Assembly: GCA_013425455.1 (NCBI GenBank)
Contig: JACCLI010000047.1
Coordinates: forward strand, 1-39,238
DNA from: Candidatus Micrarchaeota archaeon
Lineage (GTDB): Archaea; Micrarchaeota; Micrarchaeia; Anstonellales; Bilamarchaeaceae
DNA: 39,238 nt
Reading direction: 5' to 3'
Shown piece after piece: positions 35,664-39,238 of this stretch. A program made the position numbers and the translations under genes. The notes under the pieces were generated by a model. The model was not told the DNA's origin and did no database searches. It saw only the letters and a list, made by a program, of their open reading frames with translations. Within the stretch, counting starts at the first letter, position 1. The number at the start of each line of letters is the position of its first letter.

Positions 35664-36883
35664 ATCCTATGGATTACGATTATGATATCATAATAATAGG
35701 GGGAGGACCCGCGGGGGCTTCCATGGCGAGGATTGCCGCCCAGAACGGAATGAGCGTAATGATTTATGATAAAAGGAAGGAATTGGGCGAGCCGGTGAGG
35801 TGCGGGGAGGGGCTCGGGCAGAGGGAGGTGCTCGCGCAGGGGATAGATTTGCCGAGATGGTGCTTCTCAACGGAAATCCACGGGGCGAAGGTGATTGCGC
35901 CCAATGGGAAGAGCATAACCTGGAAGAGCAAGGATACGAAGGGATGGGTGCTCGAACGAAAAATGTTTGACAAGTGGCTAGTGGAGCTGGCCGTGGAGAA
36001 GGGCGCGAAGGTGAAGACTTATGCCAGGGTTACGGATTTGGTGAAGAAGGACGGGAAAATAGATGGAGTGATGGTCTCGCAATGGGGCAAGGAGCCGTTT
36101 GAGGTCCGGGCGCCACTGGTGGTTTCGGCGGAGGGGATGGAGGCAATCGTTGCCCGTAAGGCGGGGCTGAAGGCCATGTCCACGCTCTATGATGTGGATA
36201 CGTGCTACCAGTATGAGATGAAGCCCTACGACCATGAGAATCTGATAGAACTCTATTTTGGGAACAAGATTGCACCGAGGGGGTACGTATGGATATTCCC
36301 GAAGGACGCGAAGAAGGCGAATGTGGGAATAGGGATAGGCGCGCACCTCACGAACTGGAAAAAAGGAGGGAACGTGGATGGGGCGGACCCCAAAATCCTT
36401 ATGGACAGGTTCATAGAGAACCATCCCCAATTGAAGGATTCCAGCGTATTGCAGGACTTCGGGGGGGTTATTTCGGTCGGGGCGCCGATAGAGTCATTCG
36501 TGAAGGACGGGTTCATGTGCATCGGGACCGCGGCGAAGCAGGTGGACCCCATACACGGGGGCGGGATTGCGCTTGCGATGGAGACGGGCATACTGGCTGC
36601 GGCGATTGCGAAGAAGGCGCATGGGAAGAAGGATTACTCGGAAAAGGCGCTGAAGGAGTATGAGAGCATATGGAGGGCCGGGCCGGGGAAGAAGATGGCG
36701 AAGAGGCTGCTCTTAAGGAAAGTGATGGAGGAAGTGAACGATGATGATTTGAACCATATCTTCAATACCATTACGGATGCGGATTTGCAGAAGGTAATGG
36801 AGGGGAGCTTTGCCGGGCCTGTGGCGAAAGTGGTTGGCGGAAGGCCGCAATTATTGCGTATTCTGAAGGCTCTGATTAGCTAA
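35660..36883 (+). CDS. Geranylgeranyl reductase / digeranylgeranylglycerophospholipid reductase
   Basis: IIGGGPAG, RCGEG, GYVWIFPK, ANVGIG, DPIHGGGI. Confidence 0.92.
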   Translation: MNPMDYDYDIIIIGGGPAGASMARIAAQNGMSVMIYDKRKELGEPVRCGEGLGQREVLAQGIDLPRWCFSTEIHGAKVIAPNGKSITWKSKDTKGWVLERKMFDKWLVELAVEKGAKVKTYARVTDLVKKDGKIDGVMVSQWGKEPFEVRAPLVVSAEGMEAIVARKAGLKAMSTLYDVDTCYQYEMKPYDHENLIELYFGNKIAPRGYVWIFPKDAKKANVGIGIGAHLTNWKKGGNVDGADPKILMDRFIENHPQLKDSSVLQDFGGVISVGAPIESFVKDGFMCIGTAAKQVDPIHGGGIALAMETGILAAAIAKKAHGKKDYSEKALKEYESIWRAGPGKKMAKRLLLRKVMEEVNDDDLNHIFNTITDADLQKVMEGSFAGPVAKVVGGRPQLLRILKALIS

Positions 36884-38229
36884 ATTATCGGGCGGAAGGA
36901 AAGCTCGCCGTTCTTTGCGATGGGCATGGCTGCCCCGTTCTTTCCTGCCAGTTTTACGAAGTACATCGCCATGTCGGCAAGGTCTATCATGAGCTGGCAC
37001 CAGTCCTTTGCATATTCCAAAAGCTGGCCGTCCACCTTGTCCGGGAGCTTCTTCTGCCTACGGATGCGCTTGAGGTCCGCATCGCATTTCTCCCTCATCT
37101 CCTTCATACGCTCTATGCGCTCCACGACCCTTTTCATTATCTCCTGCTTGAAATCCACGGGAAAGCGCCTCACCTCGCGGAGCTCCTGCCAGATGGATGA
37201 GCCAACCACGCCGACGCTGGTGCGTATCCCGAGTGGACCGGACTCTGTCTGACAAACCATTGGGTCGAAGAGGCTGTGGAGGTATGTGCCGTGCCGTTCG
37301 ATGTCCTGGATGGTTGCGACGCCTGGGTTGAGGAGGAAGAATTCCTCGCCCCCGTACCTGGAGGCGAAGCCGCCCGCCTCGGAGCGGAGCCTGGAGCCAA
37401 GTATGCCCATCACCTCGTCAGCGGTGCCATGCCCGTAAGTGTCGTTGAATTCTTTGAAGTCGTCTATGTCGATCATGGACGCCGCGAAGCGCCTTTTTCT
37501 CACTATGCTGGCGATGGCCATCTTAAGGAGCACCTCGTTGAGGAACCGCCTGTTCCAGAGGTTTGTGAGCGGGTCTATGTTCTTGATTTCCTCGTCGCGC
37601 TGGGTATAGAGCTCCTGCCAGATGAGGCGGGCCATTCCAACAAGATAGTCCAGCTGTTCGTTGTCCCTGCTCCCCGAAGGGTTCACGAAGCCCTCCACCG
37701 CGACCATGTGGGTGACATCCATGTGGCCCCTGGACATGTTTCCGAGGGGTATCCAGCAGCCGCAGTTGCCGAATGAGGTGGTCAGGCTTTCCTCCCGCAT
37801 GTTGAAGTCGTCCGGGTCGGAGGTAAATAAGGATATCTTGTCCCCGTTGAAAATTACGGTCTGGCCGCCCAGTATCTTGCCTATGCGGGGGTCCGTGCGC
37901 ATCATGAACTCCCTCTGCTCGCTTCCGATGGGGGTGCCGCCCACCCGCGACATCAGGCGGAGGCCGTCGTCCTTCGCCTCCCAGAGCTCCACCTTGGAGA
38001 GGTTCGGGTCGGTGGTGAGAATCTCCTTCATTATGAAGTTGCGCCGGTTGTGCCTGTGCCCCACCATGTGGAGCCTGCGTACGACTGAGCTCTGGGAGCG
38101 GAAAAAGGATGTTTGGGGGTCCTTCAGGCCGAATTCCTTGGGGGCTGGCGGAGGCTGGGATGCCCTTGTATCCTGGCAACCCGGGCTGGGTGGAGCTGAA
38201 AGTCTGGATTTATCATTCATACTATTCAA
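36880..38229 (-). CDS. GAF-like plus GGDEF (GGEEF) diguanylate-cyclase-domain protein
   Basis: DPLTNLWNRR, MIDIDDFKEFNDTYGHGTAD, RYGGEEF, TSVGV, ADMAMYFVKLAGKN. Confidence 0.9.
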   Translation of the reverse strand: MNSMNDKSRLSAPPSPGCQDTRASQPPPAPKEFGLKDPQTSFFRSQSSVVRRLHMVGHRHNRRNFIMKEILTTDPNLSKVELWEAKDDGLRLMSRVGGTPIGSEQREFMMRTDPRIGKILGGQTVIFNGDKISLFTSDPDDFNMREESLTTSFGNCGCWIPLGNMSRGHMDVTHMVAVEGFVNPSGSRDNEQLDYLVGMARLIWQELYTQRDEEIKNIDPLTNLWNRRFLNEVLLKMAIASIVRKRRFAASMIDIDDFKEFNDTYGHGTADEVMGILGSRLRSEAGGFASRYGGEEFFLLNPGVATIQDIERHGTYLHSLFDPMVCQTESGPLGIRTSVGVVGSSIWQELREVRRFPVDFKQEIMKRVVERIERMKEMREKCDADLKRIRRQKKLPDKVDGQLLEYAKDWCQLMIDLADMAMYFVKLAGKNGAAMPIAKNGELSFRPII

Positions 38230-38305
38230 CCAACTATAACTACTAATTAATGCACCACATCTGTTTTTATTTGTTTCCCTACTTCCATAGGGGCAGGTGG
38301 AACAA

Positions 38306-38398
38306 ATGTTCGCTTTCGATGAAGACGAGGACTGGGAGGACGAGGACTTCGACGACGAGGAATGGGGAGAGGACGGAGAAGAGGAGGAAGAGGGCTAG
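38306..38398 (+). CDS. 30-aa hyper-acidic microprotein MFAFDEDEDWEDEDFDDEEWGEDGEEEEEG
   Basis: AGGTGG RBS, ATG 38306, TAG 38396-38398, and a downstream hairpin plus T-tract. Below the ORF-track length cutoff. Confidence 0.65.
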   Translation: MFAFDEDEDWEDEDFDDEEWGEDGEEEEEG

Positions 38399-38423
38399 TC
38401 TTTCCCTTGCGTTTTTTCTTGTA

Positions 38424-38448
38424 GCCCGCTCTTGCGGGCCCTGTTTTT
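38424..38448 (+). terminator. Hairpin plus T-tract, putative terminator
   Basis: GCCCGC-TCTT-GCGGGC followed by CCTGTTTTT. A T-rich stretch also lies just upstream. Confidence 0.5.
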
Positions 38449-38510
38449 CACTTTCCGGAGAGGGAATAGTGTTAAAAATTTACGGGAATAATGTTCTCTA
38501 AGGTGTTCTA

Positions 38511-38972
38511 ATGGGAATTATGGACTACTTCCTGGGTGGAAAGAGAGAGGAGCCGAGAAAGGCTGCGTCTGGTGCGCCTATGGCCACGAAGCCGGTGGAG
38601 AAGCCGTTTGCGATATCCACAAAATTCAGCGCACTGAGGCTCAGGACCGGGAGGAACAGCAAGATATTCATAGAGGTGAACGTGAAGAACATAAGCCCCA
38701 CGAAGCAGCTGGTTTCCGTGGATTTGGGGCTTCCCCTGAACTCCAAGATAGGGTTCGACGTGAACTGCAACCAGAACTATATCGAGAAGAGATTGGGGGA
38801 GATCGCCCCGGGGGCGGCTGCGGACTTCACCGTCCCGATTTATGCCTCAAGCCTTACGAAGGAGGGGAGCTACACCGTGGAGATAAATGCATTCTCGCAC
38901 TATATAGATTACAAAAAGGTATTGTCCCAGATGAAGAAGAAGGTTGCGCTGAGGGCAGTCTCCGGGGCTTAG
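38511..38972 (+). CDS. Small beta-sandwich (Ig-like) protein; probable paralog of 25904-26257
   Basis: IEVNVKN, DLGLP, RLGEIAPG, VPIYA...T.EGSY.VEI, VALR. AGGTG RBS. Confidence 0.7.
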   Translation: MGIMDYFLGGKREEPRKAASGAPMATKPVEKPFAISTKFSALRLRTGRNSKIFIEVNVKNISPTKQLVSVDLGLPLNSKIGFDVNCNQNYIEKRLGEIAPGAAADFTVPIYASSLTKEGSYTVEINAFSHYIDYKKVLSQMKKKVALRAVSGA

Positions 38973-39238
38973 CCGAGGAGGGCGGAGAGCGCCCCCTTAA
39001 CATTTTCCATATAACCTGGGGCGGAAAAGGGCTCGCCGTGCCCGGGGAAGAATTTTTCTATTTTTAATTTGGAGAGCCTCTCATAAGATTGCAGAAGCTG
39101 GAACGGGTCGCTCCTTGGGAGGGAGAGGTTGGGGAGCATCAGGTCCGGGAATACTGTGTCCCCGGAGAATAAATATTTCTTTTCCTTAAGATAGATGCAG
39201 ATTGCGCCGGGGCAGTGGCCGGGCGTATGGAGGATGCG
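38969..39238 (-). CDS. Metallo-beta-lactamase-fold hydrolase (partial, C-terminal part)
   Basis: The reverse strand reads RILHTPGHCPGAIC...LFSGDTVF...FFPGHG...ALLG*. Confidence 0.88.
   Translation of the reverse strand, partial: RILHTPGHCPGAICIYLKEKKYLFSGDTVFPDLMLPNLSLPRSDPFQLLQSYERLSKLKIEKFFPGHGEPFSAPGYMENVKGALSALLG

Noticed and set aside
38250-38501. 83-aa plus-strand ORF
   Set aside because: It runs through a terminator-like hairpin and has no RBS. The acidic 30-aa ORF in another frame fits better.
1-39238. CRISPR array, transposase, integrase or diversity-generating retroelement
   Set aside because: I saw no regularly spaced repeats and no recombinase, transposase or reverse-transcriptase motifs. 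The only tandem repeats are inside coding sequence.

Overview
Compact archaeal window. Evidence for Archaea: aPelota, split GMP synthase B subunit, EndoQ, archaeal/eukaryal GlyRS, RtcA, geranylgeranyl reductase with ferredoxin, A1-U72 tRNA-Gln and tRNA-iMet without encoded CCA, and TATA boxes ~21-25 nt before leaderless ATGs. A DPANN (Micrarchaeota-like) origin is my inference. The first ~15 kb is a translationally coupled operon of at least six paralogous polytopic membrane proteins, resembling CedA/VirB6 channel proteins with pilin-like N-terminal hairpins. It is followed by a ~1420-aa Cys-rich lipoprotein and a ~1370-aa membrane-anchored protein with a long helical tail. Together these are a candidate undescribed cell-contact or transfer apparatus. 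One paralog carries a mirror-symmetric 20-cysteine ladder. The remaining ~24 kb holds housekeeping, lipid and glycosylation genes and three tRNAs (Gln-TTG, iMet-CAT, Ser-GCT). Scattered among them are orphan genes: an apparently intact GAF-GGEEF diguanylate cyclase (unusual for archaea), an orphan receiver domain, a nucleotidyltransferase, a PHP protein and two repeat proteins. Also present are a 30-aa hyper-acidic microprotein missed by the ORF track, an 18-bp intergenic repeat with hairpins, and a possible att duplication of the tRNA-Ser 3' end. All family calls come from motif recognition by eye; no searches were run.
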